Positions 45,000 through 53,910 of a DNA stretch of 64,000 nt are shown here, one piece after another. Positions within the stretch are counted from its first letter, which is position 1, and each line of letters opens with the position of its first letter. The DNA lies in IMG/VR virus record IMGVR_UViG_3300017585_000161, positions 1 to 64,000 of that record; one strand, given 5' to 3'. Source of the DNA: a virus. Lineage: Duplodnaviria; Caudoviricetes. Made by a program: the position numbers and the translations under genes. The notes beneath the pieces are model-generated. The model was not told the DNA's origin and made no database searches. It was given only the letters and a program-made list of their open reading frames with translations.

Positions 45000-47032
45000 T
45001 TTACTTAGTGACAAAGAACCGGGAGCTCTTTGAGAATGAGATGTACAAAATCATATCTCCTGAGGAGAGTCTGTCGTTGCTTGAGCCTTTGAAAGTGGTG
45101 GGGCTGGACACTGAGACCAAGGGGCTTGACCCCTACACCAAAGAGCTTCTGTCAATCCAGCTTGGCAACAGGGACTTCCAGGTCGTGGTTGACTGCACCA
45201 CCGTAAAGCCGCAGCTGTACAGGGAGTATCTTGAGTCTGGCAGGACTTTCCTCGGATGGAACTTGAAGTTTGACCTCAAGTTCCTTTACAGGCAGGGCAT
45301 ATATCCCAAAACTGTCTATGACGGTTTTCTCGCTGAGAAGCTGCTGTGGCTCGGCTATCCTGCTGGTGTGCATTCATTGAGCCTCAAGTCCGCAGGGCAG
45401 AACTACCTGGGCATTGAGCTTGACAAGTCTGTCAGGGGCAAAATCATTTACGCCGGCCTGCAGCCTGATGTCATAGTGTATGCCGCCGAGGATGTGGCTC
45501 ACCTTGAGGACATCATTCTGTGCCAGTGGAAAGAGCTTCAGCGGAAAGGGCTTCAGAACGCGATAAAGGTGGAGAACAAGTTTGTGCTTGCCCTCGCTTA
45601 TTGCGAGTACTGCGGCATAAAGCTGGACATTGGCAAGTGGGAGGCTAAAATGGCAAAAGACCAGGAAAGGCAGAACAGCGCTCTTGAGGCCTGCAACAAA
45701 TGGCTTGTGGAGCATGAGCCTGACTCTCCTTACATCTTCATTGACCGTCAGGGAGACTTGTTCACAGGCTTTAACCTTGAGCCGCAAGTGAGGCTCAACT
45801 GGAACAGCGCTGCGCAGCTCATACCTCTGTTCAAGAAATACGGCCTTGACCTCAGGGCAAAGGACAAAGCCACAGGCAAGCTCAAGGACAGCGTGGACGC
45901 CAAGATACTGAAGCCTCAGAAAAGCAAATGCTCTTTAGTTCCGCTGTATCTGAACTACAAGGAGGCGGTGAAGGTGACGTCAACTTACGGGCAGAACTTT
46001 CTTGACCAGATCAATCCGGTATCCCGCAGGATACACACCAATTACCAGCAAATGGGGGCTGACACCACACGCATCACTTCGGGAGGGAAAGACAAGGGCG
46101 CCAACACTGAGTATGTCAATCTTCTCAACCTGCCAAAGGATGAGGAGACCAGGGCTTGCTTTGTGGCGGAGCCTGGCAACAAGTGGATAAGCATCGATTA
46201 CTCAGGGCAGGAAAGTTTCCTCATGGCTTCCATCGCCAATGACAAGGCCATCATTGAGGAGCTTACCAACGGCTCTCAGGACTTGCACTCCCTGACAGCT
46301 TATATGTCATATCCCCAGATACCGAGAGGTACGCCCCTTAAAGAGGTCAAGGAGAAATACCATGACCTCAGGCAGGAGGCGAAAGGGATTGAGTTCGCCA
46401 TCAATTACGGCGGGGACGCTAACACCATTCATCAGAACAAGGGCATCCCTTTGGAAGAGGCGCAGAGGATATACAACGCCTACATGGAGGGCTTCTCAGG
46501 GCTCAAGGCTTACCAGGCTTTCCGGCGGAAGGATTGGTTTGACAAAGGGTATATACTGCTCAATCCTATTACAGGGCACAAGGCTTTCATATATGACTAT
46601 GACAAGCTCCTGGCCGCTAAGGAGTCCTTCAGGACTGAAGGTTTCTGGGATCATTACAGGGAGATGAAGCAGTCAGACCCCTCATGCGACACCGTGCAGA
46701 AAGTCAGGCGATTCTTCAAAAGGAAGTCAGAGTCCGAGAGGCAGAGCATCAACTACCCTATTCAGGCTACAGGGTCAATGTGCCTCAGATATGCCATGAT
46801 AGAGTTCTTTGAGTATCTGAGGGACAACAACCTCATCGGCAAAGTCCTCATCTGCGTCACTCCTTATGATGAGATTAACTGTGAGGCTCCCGCTGAAATA
46901 GCCGAGGAAATCGCTGAAAAAGTGCACTCCTGCATGATAAACGCAGGCAAGGTGTTCTGCACAAGATGCAGGCTGGACGCCGATGTGTCCCGCAACAAGG
47001 ACGGTTCCTTGCCTGACCACTGGGTGCACTGA
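44996..47032 (+). CDS. polA: family A DNA polymerase
   Basis: ExoI GLDTET; motif A IDYSGQE; motif B RQEAKGIEFAINYG; motif C variant TPYDEI; no intein. Confidence 0.93.
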   Translation: MIYLVTKNRELFENEMYKIISPEESLSLLEPLKVVGLDTETKGLDPYTKELLSIQLGNRDFQVVVDCTTVKPQLYREYLESGRTFLGWNLKFDLKFLYRQGIYPKTVYDGFLAEKLLWLGYPAGVHSLSLKSAGQNYLGIELDKSVRGKIIYAGLQPDVIVYAAEDVAHLEDIILCQWKELQRKGLQNAIKVENKFVLALAYCEYCGIKLDIGKWEAKMAKDQERQNSALEACNKWLVEHEPDSPYIFIDRQGDLFTGFNLEPQVRLNWNSAAQLIPLFKKYGLDLRAKDKATGKLKDSVDAKILKPQKSKCSLVPLYLNYKEAVKVTSTYGQNFLDQINPVSRRIHTNYQQMGADTTRITSGGKDKGANTEYVNLLNLPKDEETRACFVAEPGNKWISIDYSGQESFLMASIANDKAIIEELTNGSQDLHSLTAYMSYPQIPRGTPLKEVKEKYHDLRQEAKGIEFAINYGGDANTIHQNKGIPLEEAQRIYNAYMEGFSGLKAYQAFRRKDWFDKGYILLNPITGHKAFIYDYDKLLAAKESFRTEGFWDHYREMKQSDPSCDTVQKVRRFFKRKSESERQSINYPIQATGSMCLRYAMIEFFEYLRDNNLIGKVLICVTPYDEINCEAPAEIAEEIAEKVHSCMINAGKVFCTRCRLDADVSRNKDGSLPDHWVH

Positions 47033-47063
47033 CAACTGAAACTAACAATTAAATCAAAAAGAC

Positions 47064-47465
47064 ATGTCAAGCTATTTGAACATTTACCTCAAGGACAAGG
47101 ACACGAAGAAAGACAGGCTTCTCATTTCCTACAGCAGGAACACTGACCTGTACCAGGCTCTCTGGGAGAACCTGCACATTGTCCATGCCGATGAGGACAA
47201 TCAGCTCACGGAGCTGAAAGATGAGGACTTTGATAAAGTCATTGACAAGCTCATGGACTACAAGCAGAAGACTCTTGTCAGGCTGCATGAGAATGAGAAG
47301 TACGCTAAGGACAATCCTGACCTGATTGAGGAGATACTGTCCTCAAAAGAGTTCATCGAGGAGCTTTGCTCCACCATCGCTGAAGTGAGGATGCTCGCCA
47401 GGATACAGTCTTCCTGTGTCATAGGCTGCTCCTCTTTTGACAGCATGTCCGCTAACATTGAATAA
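47064..47465 (+). CDS. hypothetical protein
   Basis: 133-aa ORF in the operon. Confidence 0.7.
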   Translation: MSSYLNIYLKDKDTKKDRLLISYSRNTDLYQALWENLHIVHADEDNQLTELKDEDFDKVIDKLMDYKQKTLVRLHENEKYAKDNPDLIEEILSSKEFIEELCSTIAEVRMLARIQSSCVIGCSSFDSMSANIE

Positions 47466-47476
47466 TAAAATCGACT

Positions 47477-47743
47477 ATGGAATTTTTAAGCAACTACAAG
47501 CAAAACAGGAAAGCGGCCCTTTGCAAGGCCATCGAACAGGAGGCTGAGGACTCCTACACGCTCATGGAGTTCAACAACCAGCTCTACTACGCCTTCAATG
47601 GCGTTCCGATGGTGGGAATCGCTCCTGACACCACGGCGAATGAGATTCTGCAGAAGTGGCAGGGCTTCAAAAGAAGCTACATAGACTACAAGAAGAGCGT
47701 GGAGCATTACACTGTTGGCGCTCTTGATAATTTAAACCAGTAA
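47477..47743 (+). CDS. hypothetical protein
   Basis: 88-aa ORF in the operon. Confidence 0.65.
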   Translation: MEFLSNYKQNRKAALCKAIEQEAEDSYTLMEFNNQLYYAFNGVPMVGIAPDTTANEILQKWQGFKRSYIDYKKSVEHYTVGALDNLNQ

Positions 47744-47753
47744 ATCAACTGAA

Positions 47754-48002
47754 ATGGCATACTTGGACAATAATCTTCCAGCTGGAACGTCAGGGCATCC
47801 TGACGCTCCCTGGAACGAGGAGCCTCCTGTAGAGGTTCCTGTGGTACTTAACATAACAGTTAGTAAGCCGGTCATTCTACTCATGCCTCCAAAAACGGAA
47901 TACACGCAGGAGGAGCTTTTTGCAGCGGCAAAGGAACAAGTCAGCCTTGACCCTGTTCTCCGCCATTGGGACATTGATGACTTCGCTGTTGTCGAGGAAT
48001 AA
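47754..48002 (+). CDS. hypothetical protein
   Basis: NLPAG...DAPWNE motif common in Bacteroidales phages. Confidence 0.65.
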   Translation: MAYLDNNLPAGTSGHPDAPWNEEPPVEVPVVLNITVSKPVILLMPPKTEYTQEELFAAAKEQVSLDPVLRHWDIDDFAVVEE

Positions 48003-48026
48003 CTGTAACCGCTAAAACCGAATATT

Positions 48027-48434
48027 ATGCTAATAGAGATAAAAACAAGAATCACACGGAATGTCAACGGCAAGTCAAGGACTTCCATAGAGCTCTTCCT
48101 TGCTGACATGGAGTTCTTTGCGGAAGCTGAGTATGATGTTATGGGCTTCCTTGAGAGCGCGTCAGATGTTACAGGTTACGACATCATCAGTCTCAGGCAC
48201 GCTCCTATAAAGGAGTTTCTCAACAGCAAGTCTGATGATGAGGAGCAGTCCTATATAGTCGCTCTCAAAGCTGTTTATGTCGATGACAAGGGCAACGAGA
48301 AAATCATGCGCTACAAGACACTGCTTTGGGCGCACTCCCTCACCGAGGCCAACACAAGGGCACAAAATTACTCCCGTGAAGGCTATGACATGAAGATAGA
48401 GAGTATCACCGAAAAGGAATACAGACTATGCTAA
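48027..48434 (+). CDS. DUF4494-like protein
   Basis: Two repeated half-domains (FLADMEFFAEAE / LLWAHSLTEAN). Confidence 0.55.
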   Translation: MLIEIKTRITRNVNGKSRTSIELFLADMEFFAEAEYDVMGFLESASDVTGYDIISLRHAPIKEFLNSKSDDEEQSYIVALKAVYVDDKGNEKIMRYKTLLWAHSLTEANTRAQNYSREGYDMKIESITEKEYRLC

Positions 48435-48453
48435 GCGCTTAAAGCGGTAGAAG

Positions 48454-48520
48454 ATAAAAGGGCGTCAGCCATTTTGCAAGTGCCGACGCCCATGAAAGGA
48501 GGTTTGCTCCGCATGATTCA
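48454..48520 (-). ncRNA. candidate antisense small RNA
   Basis: TACCTTTG at 48527-48534 (minus); 10-bp stem at 48460-48491 whose only mismatch is a G-U pair on the minus strand; followed by UUUUAU. Confidence 0.4.
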
Positions 48521-48574
48521 CCGCTGCAAAGGTACTGAAAATAAATGATATAACAAGCAAAACAACAACTGATT

Positions 48575-49312
48575 ATGAAACAAGAAAACAATTTGACAGA
48601 TCTTAGGTTTTGCGCCAAGCAAGAAATGACAGACATCTCAAAAATTCTAAAGGATTGTCCTGAAGGAACAAAGCTCTACTCGCCCATCTGCGGAGAAGTG
48701 AAGCTGCGCCAATCGTCAAACGCGGACGGCTACATCGAAGTGACGGACAACTGCAACGATGTGTGGGAGTTCTATCAAGATGGCAGGTATGACGAGTACG
48801 GCGAGTGCCTGCTCTTCCCATCAAAGGAAGTGCGCGACTGGTCTAAATTTGAAGTGCCAAAGAAAGAGCAGCCCAAGTTCAAATTTGGAGATGTAGTAAT
48901 AAGTGGCAATGCTGTTTATATGGTTGATGATGATTATCATAATGATTCTGAGCATTATATCACTATTTCTTGCGCTAATGCAGGGGCATACCACATTGCA
49001 ACTCCAGATGTAATAGACGGATGGAATGAAATACGTTTACATCCTAACCACCTGCACTATTCCACGAGCAAGCGGAAAATCATACACTGGTTCCTGCCGT
49101 TTGACAGGGTGATAGTAAAGGACTTCAAGGATGGCGCTGATTGCATGAGGTCTCCTTATCCTTGTTGGAAGGCGCAGATATTCTCATACTATAACAAGCA
49201 TGACAAGGAGTTTCCCTACTGCTGCCTTAACGACAGCTGGGCGGAGATAGTCCCCTACAACGAAGAGACCGCCAAGCTGATAGGAACGACTGACGATTAT
49301 GAGGAAGAATGA
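48575..49312 (+). CDS. conserved Bacteroidales phage protein
   Basis: ILKDCPEGTKLYSPICG, CLLFPSKE, PFDRVIVKD motifs; start may be 48626. Confidence 0.7.
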   Translation: MKQENNLTDLRFCAKQEMTDISKILKDCPEGTKLYSPICGEVKLRQSSNADGYIEVTDNCNDVWEFYQDGRYDEYGECLLFPSKEVRDWSKFEVPKKEQPKFKFGDVVISGNAVYMVDDDYHNDSEHYITISCANAGAYHIATPDVIDGWNEIRLHPNHLHYSTSKRKIIHWFLPFDRVIVKDFKDGADCMRSPYPCWKAQIFSYYNKHDKEFPYCCLNDSWAEIVPYNEETAKLIGTTDDYEEE

Positions 49313-49683
49313 GTATGACAAAAAACTTTCCGATAGATATATTCAAGCACGGAATAAAAATATTTTTTGGCTCTTTTGAAGAACTGAAAGAAGAGCTGAA
49401 AGCGGATGGATTTTTAGATGAAATCAAGGAAAGCATGATGGACAATACCACAATGATAACCCTAAATATGTCAACTGGTGATGCTGTCATATATGGCAAA
49501 AAGCCTATAAAAGGGGTGGAAGGGCAGACGGTATTGGCACATGAGATATTCCATGCCGTGAGTTATCTTTTAAGAAACATAGGCGTAGAGCATTCCATCG
49601 AAACAGAGGAAGTCTATGCCTATGTATTTGAAGATGTCCTGTTCAATGCTTTGACTTGGTTATCTTCCGAGTTTCACGAATAG
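49309..49683 (+). CDS. putative Zn metallopeptidase
   Basis: AHEIFHAV (HExxH) with downstream EEVYAY. Confidence 0.7.
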   Translation: MSMTKNFPIDIFKHGIKIFFGSFEELKEELKADGFLDEIKESMMDNTTMITLNMSTGDAVIYGKKPIKGVEGQTVLAHEIFHAVSYLLRNIGVEHSIETEEVYAYVFEDVLFNALTWLSSEFHE

Positions 49684-49774
49684 TAGTGCTTGGGTGTCTT
49701 TCAGCGTAATCCTTTGTACAGTAAGTGCCTTTATCAGCACGTCTGTACCTTTCCTGAATCGCAATTTTTGCCAT
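49643..49774 (-). CDS. 43-aa basic protein, convergent with the peptidase
   Basis: MAKIAIQERYRRADKGTYCTKDYAERHPSTTIRET. Confidence 0.55.
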   Translation of the reverse strand: MAKIAIQERYRRADKGTYCTKDYAERHPSTTIRETRKITKSKH

Positions 49775-49874
49775 AATTCTAAAACGTTTTAAATGAGACA
49801 ATATGTTATATAACAATAAAACTATAACAAAAATCATGCCACAATGAATGGCAAACAAATAAGGAGGAATAAGA

Positions 49875-50273
49875 ATGAACTATAAAGATTTCACAGACTA
49901 TCTCCACAGGTTCTCAGCCAACAATTTCAATTTATTTGTTGGGGACAAGCCACTCACGGAAGATATGATTGAAGTTAACCTTAAAAATTACAGGTTGACA
50001 TTCAAGACATTCGCTAACGAGCGGCTACAGCGGATGGAAGAGTTTACGCCAAAGGAAGAAAAACTCAAGCAAGCCATTATCGGTGTGTTTGACAACAGTC
50101 CTTGCTTCGAGAGAATGGAAGACAAAGAGTTTTATATCAATAAGACTTTTGAATTGTTGTCAAAGAAACATGACCCTGTTTCTGTAAATGAAAGCACTCA
50201 GTTCTTTACTGCTATGTTATACAGTCTCTTCTTCAAGAAAAATTGGGATAACATGGATTCTAATAAATCTTAA
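49875..50273 (+). CDS. hypothetical protein
   Basis: 132-aa ORF. Confidence 0.6.
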   Translation: MNYKDFTDYLHRFSANNFNLFVGDKPLTEDMIEVNLKNYRLTFKTFANERLQRMEEFTPKEEKLKQAIIGVFDNSPCFERMEDKEFYINKTFELLSKKHDPVSVNESTQFFTAMLYSLFFKKNWDNMDSNKS

Positions 50274-50276
50274 AAT

Positions 50277-51128
50277 ATGAATATTATTGAACCAAAAGTA
50301 GAATTATGGGAGCAGGGCAATGACCCTGTTTCCCATATTGCCAAATGTGCAAGAGTGTGCTATGGCAAGACGGAAGGCAAATCAACAGACCGACAACTGG
50401 TTGAGAACCTTCTTAAAGCCAGACACTTTTCCATGTTCAGACATGAGAGCGTGTATTCTATAATACCCAACAGTGAAGCGTATGAGTTTAAAGAAGCCCT
50501 TAAAGTTTTTGAGCTTGGTTCTCCATACATAGATATAAGGCATGATATGTGGAACACTTATGTTGTTGCAAACGGCAATTTTAGAATTGACTATGGGAAA
50601 TCTCAGTTTGGACAACTCATAAAGAAACATCAAACAAGTCCGCAAATTTTTAATAATACTAATAACGGGGATCCAGGCCATTCAATGATGCGTTATACTT
50701 TCCATATTACTACCCAAATCAGCACTTCTCGTGAGCTTAACAGGGTTTCTCCTAACAATATTGCTGAGAGAAGCTCACGCTATGTGCGTGAAGATGGTAC
50801 TATTGTAAGACCTCATTGGATAAGTAAGCAAATAGCTGATGCTTGGAATAAAGACATTCTTACTCATAGTACTCCAGAAGCAGCTTATCTTAGCACCTGC
50901 GATTATGCTTTCAGGGATTATGAGTTTCTTATTGCGAATGGTATTAAACGTCAAGATGCTCGCGGTGTTCTTCCTCTTGATACCGCTACTGAAGTAGTCT
51001 ATACTTACTCCATAGAAGAATGGAAGAAGATTATAGCTCTTCGTAGCGATAAGAAAGCTCATCCAAACTGTCAGATAATAGCTAATATGATTAAAGAACA
51101 ATTAAAACAGCTCGGTTATGAATTTTAA
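50277..51128 (+). CDS. thyX: FAD-dependent thymidylate synthase
   Basis: HFSMFRHES, SRELNRVSPNNIAERSSRY, QDARGVLP, AHPNCQ motifs. Confidence 0.88.
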   Translation: MNIIEPKVELWEQGNDPVSHIAKCARVCYGKTEGKSTDRQLVENLLKARHFSMFRHESVYSIIPNSEAYEFKEALKVFELGSPYIDIRHDMWNTYVVANGNFRIDYGKSQFGQLIKKHQTSPQIFNNTNNGDPGHSMMRYTFHITTQISTSRELNRVSPNNIAERSSRYVREDGTIVRPHWISKQIADAWNKDILTHSTPEAAYLSTCDYAFRDYEFLIANGIKRQDARGVLPLDTATEVVYTYSIEEWKKIIALRSDKKAHPNCQIIANMIKEQLKQLGYEF

Positions 51129-51216
51129 TAAGGATAAAATAGATGTGTTTATAGACTTGTCCATCCTCATCCTTGCCTACTTTACAGGGTTTGTAACTGG
51201 TTTAATTTGGTGATAT

Positions 51217-51396
51217 ATGTGCAGTCTGTGCGAAAAACTTACTCATGGTTATAATAATAAGCATGATAGCAAAAAAGAACTGTATGCTCCAACCTGGATG
51301 TTGAGCATATAGTTCTATAACGCTGAAGACATGAAACACTGTCTTCAGTATTGTCCGTTCTGTGGACGAAAGCTAAATGACGGTTTACATTATTAA
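51217..51396 (+). pseudogene. Zn-ribbon protein interrupted by an in-frame TAG
   Basis: MCSLC...LSI*FYN...YCPFCGRKL; TAG at 51310-51312. Confidence 0.6.
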
Positions 51397-51405
51397 AACA
51401 ATATT

Positions 51406-51735
51406 ATGAATGATAATGCAATTCAATTTCTGAAGGAACAAGGTGTTGATTTTATCACATCAGAAGTGTTGGATTTCTTTGAGCAGTGCGTAAAAGCTGT
51501 CTGTCTCTATGCTAAGAAGAACCATGATTACGGTAATAGCTTTGCTAAAGGCTGTGATGAAATCGGTCTTCCTTATGCAGTGGGGCGTCTTTATGACAAG
51601 ATGAACAGGCTTGTCAATCTCGTTAAGAACAAGCCTGCGATAGCTGATGAGAAGATTGAAGACACCGTTACGGACTTGGGCTGCTACGCCTTTATGCTTG
51701 ACGCTTACCTGCATAACCACTCAAACATTAATTAA
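51406..51735 (+). CDS. DUF1599 / nucleotide-modification-associated domain protein
   Basis: KKNHDYGNSF, RLYDKMNRL, DTVTDLGCYA motifs. Confidence 0.8.
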   Translation: MNDNAIQFLKEQGVDFITSEVLDFFEQCVKAVCLYAKKNHDYGNSFAKGCDEIGLPYAVGRLYDKMNRLVNLVKNKPAIADEKIEDTVTDLGCYAFMLDAYLHNHSNIN

Positions 51736-51740
51736 TAACT

Positions 51741-52064
51741 ATGGAATACAATACTAACTATTATGTGGCAACGCATTGGCTACATAATAACTATATCCTC
51801 TGTAATGACATAGTGGAGAAAGACCCTGATTTCAATTATCCGGAACTGGAAGAAAATGAGGAAATCTACCAGTATTTTCTTACTGACGCTTCCAAAGAGG
51901 ATGTTGAATACCTGCAAGAGCATTTCGGTCTTGCATTTGGTTACTCTGAAATGCTTGATCTGTATGTTCTATGTGTTACTCATTTTGGCACTTCTTGGGA
52001 TTATGTCTATTGGACTACAGACCTTGAATATGCCAAAGCCAAGTTAGGAGAAACGAAACATTAA
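51741..52064 (+). CDS. conserved phage protein
   Basis: EIYQYFLTD, YVLCVTHFGTSWDYV motifs. Confidence 0.7.
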   Translation: MEYNTNYYVATHWLHNNYILCNDIVEKDPDFNYPELEENEEIYQYFLTDASKEDVEYLQEHFGLAFGYSEMLDLYVLCVTHFGTSWDYVYWTTDLEYAKAKLGETKH

Positions 52065-52067
52065 CAA

Positions 52068-52574
52068 ATGGGAACTAATTATTATTTAAGAAGACATATT
52101 CCCCTGCCTGCAATGAAAAGGCTGAAGTCTTTGGTTACAGAAGAGAACATCTATAATGGCAGTCTCCAAGAAGCTCTTGATGAGTTTAAGGAAATTCATA
52201 TAGGCAAGTCCTCTGTAGGCTGGCAGTTCCTCTTCAACCATAACAACTGGAAGTATTATCAGCCGACGCAGGAGTCTATAAACGATTTCCTGCAAAGGGA
52301 AATTCTTGCTGGAGGCGCTTTCATTGATGAGTACGGAGAAAAGGTTTCCCTCAAGGACTTCTGGGACATGGTGGAAAGTGAGAAAGACGGTTGGGACTTG
52401 AAATCCTATTCACAGTATAAACTAAAGCGTTGGAATGACTATCTTGAACATCCTGAAAAGTATAAAGTTAAGTACTTTAAGCCCTCACATCCTGTGGATT
52501 ACAGCAGCCATGTTGAAACTTTCAGCAAGGACAAGTGGCATTTAAGGTTTAGTGACTCAACAGAATTTAGCTGA
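52068..52574 (+). CDS. conserved phage protein
   Basis: MGTNYY...HIGKSSVGWQFLF...IDEYG...FSDSTEFS motifs. Confidence 0.75.
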   Translation: MGTNYYLRRHIPLPAMKRLKSLVTEENIYNGSLQEALDEFKEIHIGKSSVGWQFLFNHNNWKYYQPTQESINDFLQREILAGGAFIDEYGEKVSLKDFWDMVESEKDGWDLKSYSQYKLKRWNDYLEHPEKYKVKYFKPSHPVDYSSHVETFSKDKWHLRFSDSTEFS

Positions 52575-52575
52575 C

Positions 52576-52905
52576 ATGAAAATAGTATATAACAACATTA
52601 TCCCCTTCAAGGGGTACAAGGCAGTCAATCTCTTTGGTGTCCTCTTTGTCCGTAAGGAAGCTAAGATGAGCCAAAAGGATTTGACGCACGAGGCGATACA
52701 CACGGCGCAGATGAGGGAAACATTATATGTCTTCTTCTACTTGTGGTACGCTGTGGAGTGGCTCGTAAAGGTTTTCCGCTACTGGAACTTCCACACCGCC
52801 TACAGGCATGTCTCCTTTGAGCAGGAGGCTTATCTGATGGAGAGTGTCGATGGTTATGACAAGAACAGAGCTTATTACAACTGGCTGTCTTTTGTGTTCA
52901 ATTAA
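52576..52905 (+). CDS. putative membrane-associated Zn metallopeptidase
   Basis: THEAIHTAQ (HExxH), SFEQEAY; start moved to MKIVY. Confidence 0.7.
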   Translation: MKIVYNNIIPFKGYKAVNLFGVLFVRKEAKMSQKDLTHEAIHTAQMRETLYVFFYLWYAVEWLVKVFRYWNFHTAYRHVSFEQEAYLMESVDGYDKNRAYYNWLSFVFN

Positions 52906-52926
52906 CAATTAAAACTTATAACTGAT

Positions 52927-53178
52927 ATGAAATTTCAATATAGCGAAGGATGCACACGTAACAGTCTTACTGTCAATGGCAAGGAAACCGCTGACATGCC
53001 TGTTGAGGAAGTGCGCAAGGCTGCTCATGTGCTCATTGACTACACTGACAGCCTCTCTGACTTGCAGGAGGTATTGATACAAATTCTGTGTACTCATGGA
53101 GAGTACAAGGACTTAGGATGGTGTATGACCTGTGGAGATCATAATGAGGAATATACATTGGAAGTGGAGGACAAATAG
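52927..53178 (+). CDS. hypothetical protein with a C-terminal CxxC
   Basis: CMTCGD motif. Confidence 0.65.
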   Translation: MKFQYSEGCTRNSLTVNGKETADMPVEEVRKAAHVLIDYTDSLSDLQEVLIQILCTHGEYKDLGWCMTCGDHNEEYTLEVEDK

Positions 53179-53204
53179 CTTGTCCGTCTTAAACATTTGC
53201 GAAT

Positions 53205-53519
53205 ATGATAGAATTTGAGTACAAGACTCACATTTTCCGCTCCCATCCCTCTGAAGAGGAGCTTGACAGCTTCGGCAGCCAGGGATGGGAGCTTTGCGCC
53301 GTTGATAAAGACTTCTATGTGTTCAAGAAGCCTATAGCCAGGAAGTTTAGGGCTGTCAAAGTCACTGATATGCGCACAGGGGAGGTCACTCATTACGAGC
53401 CTCTCTCAAAAGCCGCTGAGGCGCTCGGCTGTTCAGCGACCGCTATAAAATATGCCCTTAATCATCATACTCTCTACTTCAAGAGGTATAAGATTGAGGA
53501 GGATGACAATAACCAGTAA
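53205..53519 (+). CDS. DUF4177-like domain fused to a NUMOD1-type HTH
   Basis: LDSFGSQGWELCAV followed by YEPLSKAAEALGCS. Confidence 0.6.
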   Translation: MIEFEYKTHIFRSHPSEEELDSFGSQGWELCAVDKDFYVFKKPIARKFRAVKVTDMRTGEVTHYEPLSKAAEALGCSATAIKYALNHHTLYFKRYKIEEDDNNQ

Positions 53520-53541
53520 TGACAATTAAAGCAAACAGATT

Positions 53542-53787
53542 ATGGAAAAAGTAATAACAGGCATTGACAGTCTCAAGGCCCTCTCGTCAAGAAGCGAGGG
53601 ATGTGACTGCTACATAAAACTCAATTTCGGGCTTAGGAGCAGCAAGCACATCACTTACGATGGCTCTAAGTGGTATGTGCTTAACCTTAGTGACGACACA
53701 GAGCAGGAGCTCACTGATAAGGAATTGGGCGCTAAGACCAACATCATTGAAGCCCTGGGCAAGAACGCCCTTATCCTTGATGATTAA
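53542..53787 (+). CDS. hypothetical protein
   Basis: LNFGLRSSKHI motif; last gene before an AT-rich spacer. Confidence 0.65.
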   Translation: MEKVITGIDSLKALSSRSEGCDCYIKLNFGLRSSKHITYDGSKWYVLNLSDDTEQELTDKELGAKTNIIEALGKNALILDD

Positions 53788-53884
53788 AATAAAACACTTA
53801 ATTTGTTCTTTTTATTATCCTTTTTATTGTAATTAGGAAATAAAAATTTTTAATTAAGGCTTTTCATAATTTAGAGAAATAGAT

Positions 53885-53892
53885 TATTTTTG
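53885..53892 (+). promoter_or_regulatory. TAnnTTTG -7 element for the RNAP gene
   Basis: TATTTTTG 18 nt before ATG 53911. Confidence 0.55.
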
Positions 53893-53910
53893 CCAAAAAT
53901 TTTTATACTT

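Noticed and set aside
41167-51735. Hypermodified or uracil-containing DNA suggested by UDG, dUTPase, ThyX and DUF1599
   Set aside because: UDG plus dUTPase argue for ordinary thymine DNA, and no base-modifying transferase or kinase was recognised.
4444-53400. Numerous long overlapping or antisense ORFs in the track (e.g. 5997-6599, 8602-9285, 13420-14037, 42299-43477)
   Set aside because: They are shadows of GC-rich real genes, with R/P/L-biased sequence and no motifs.
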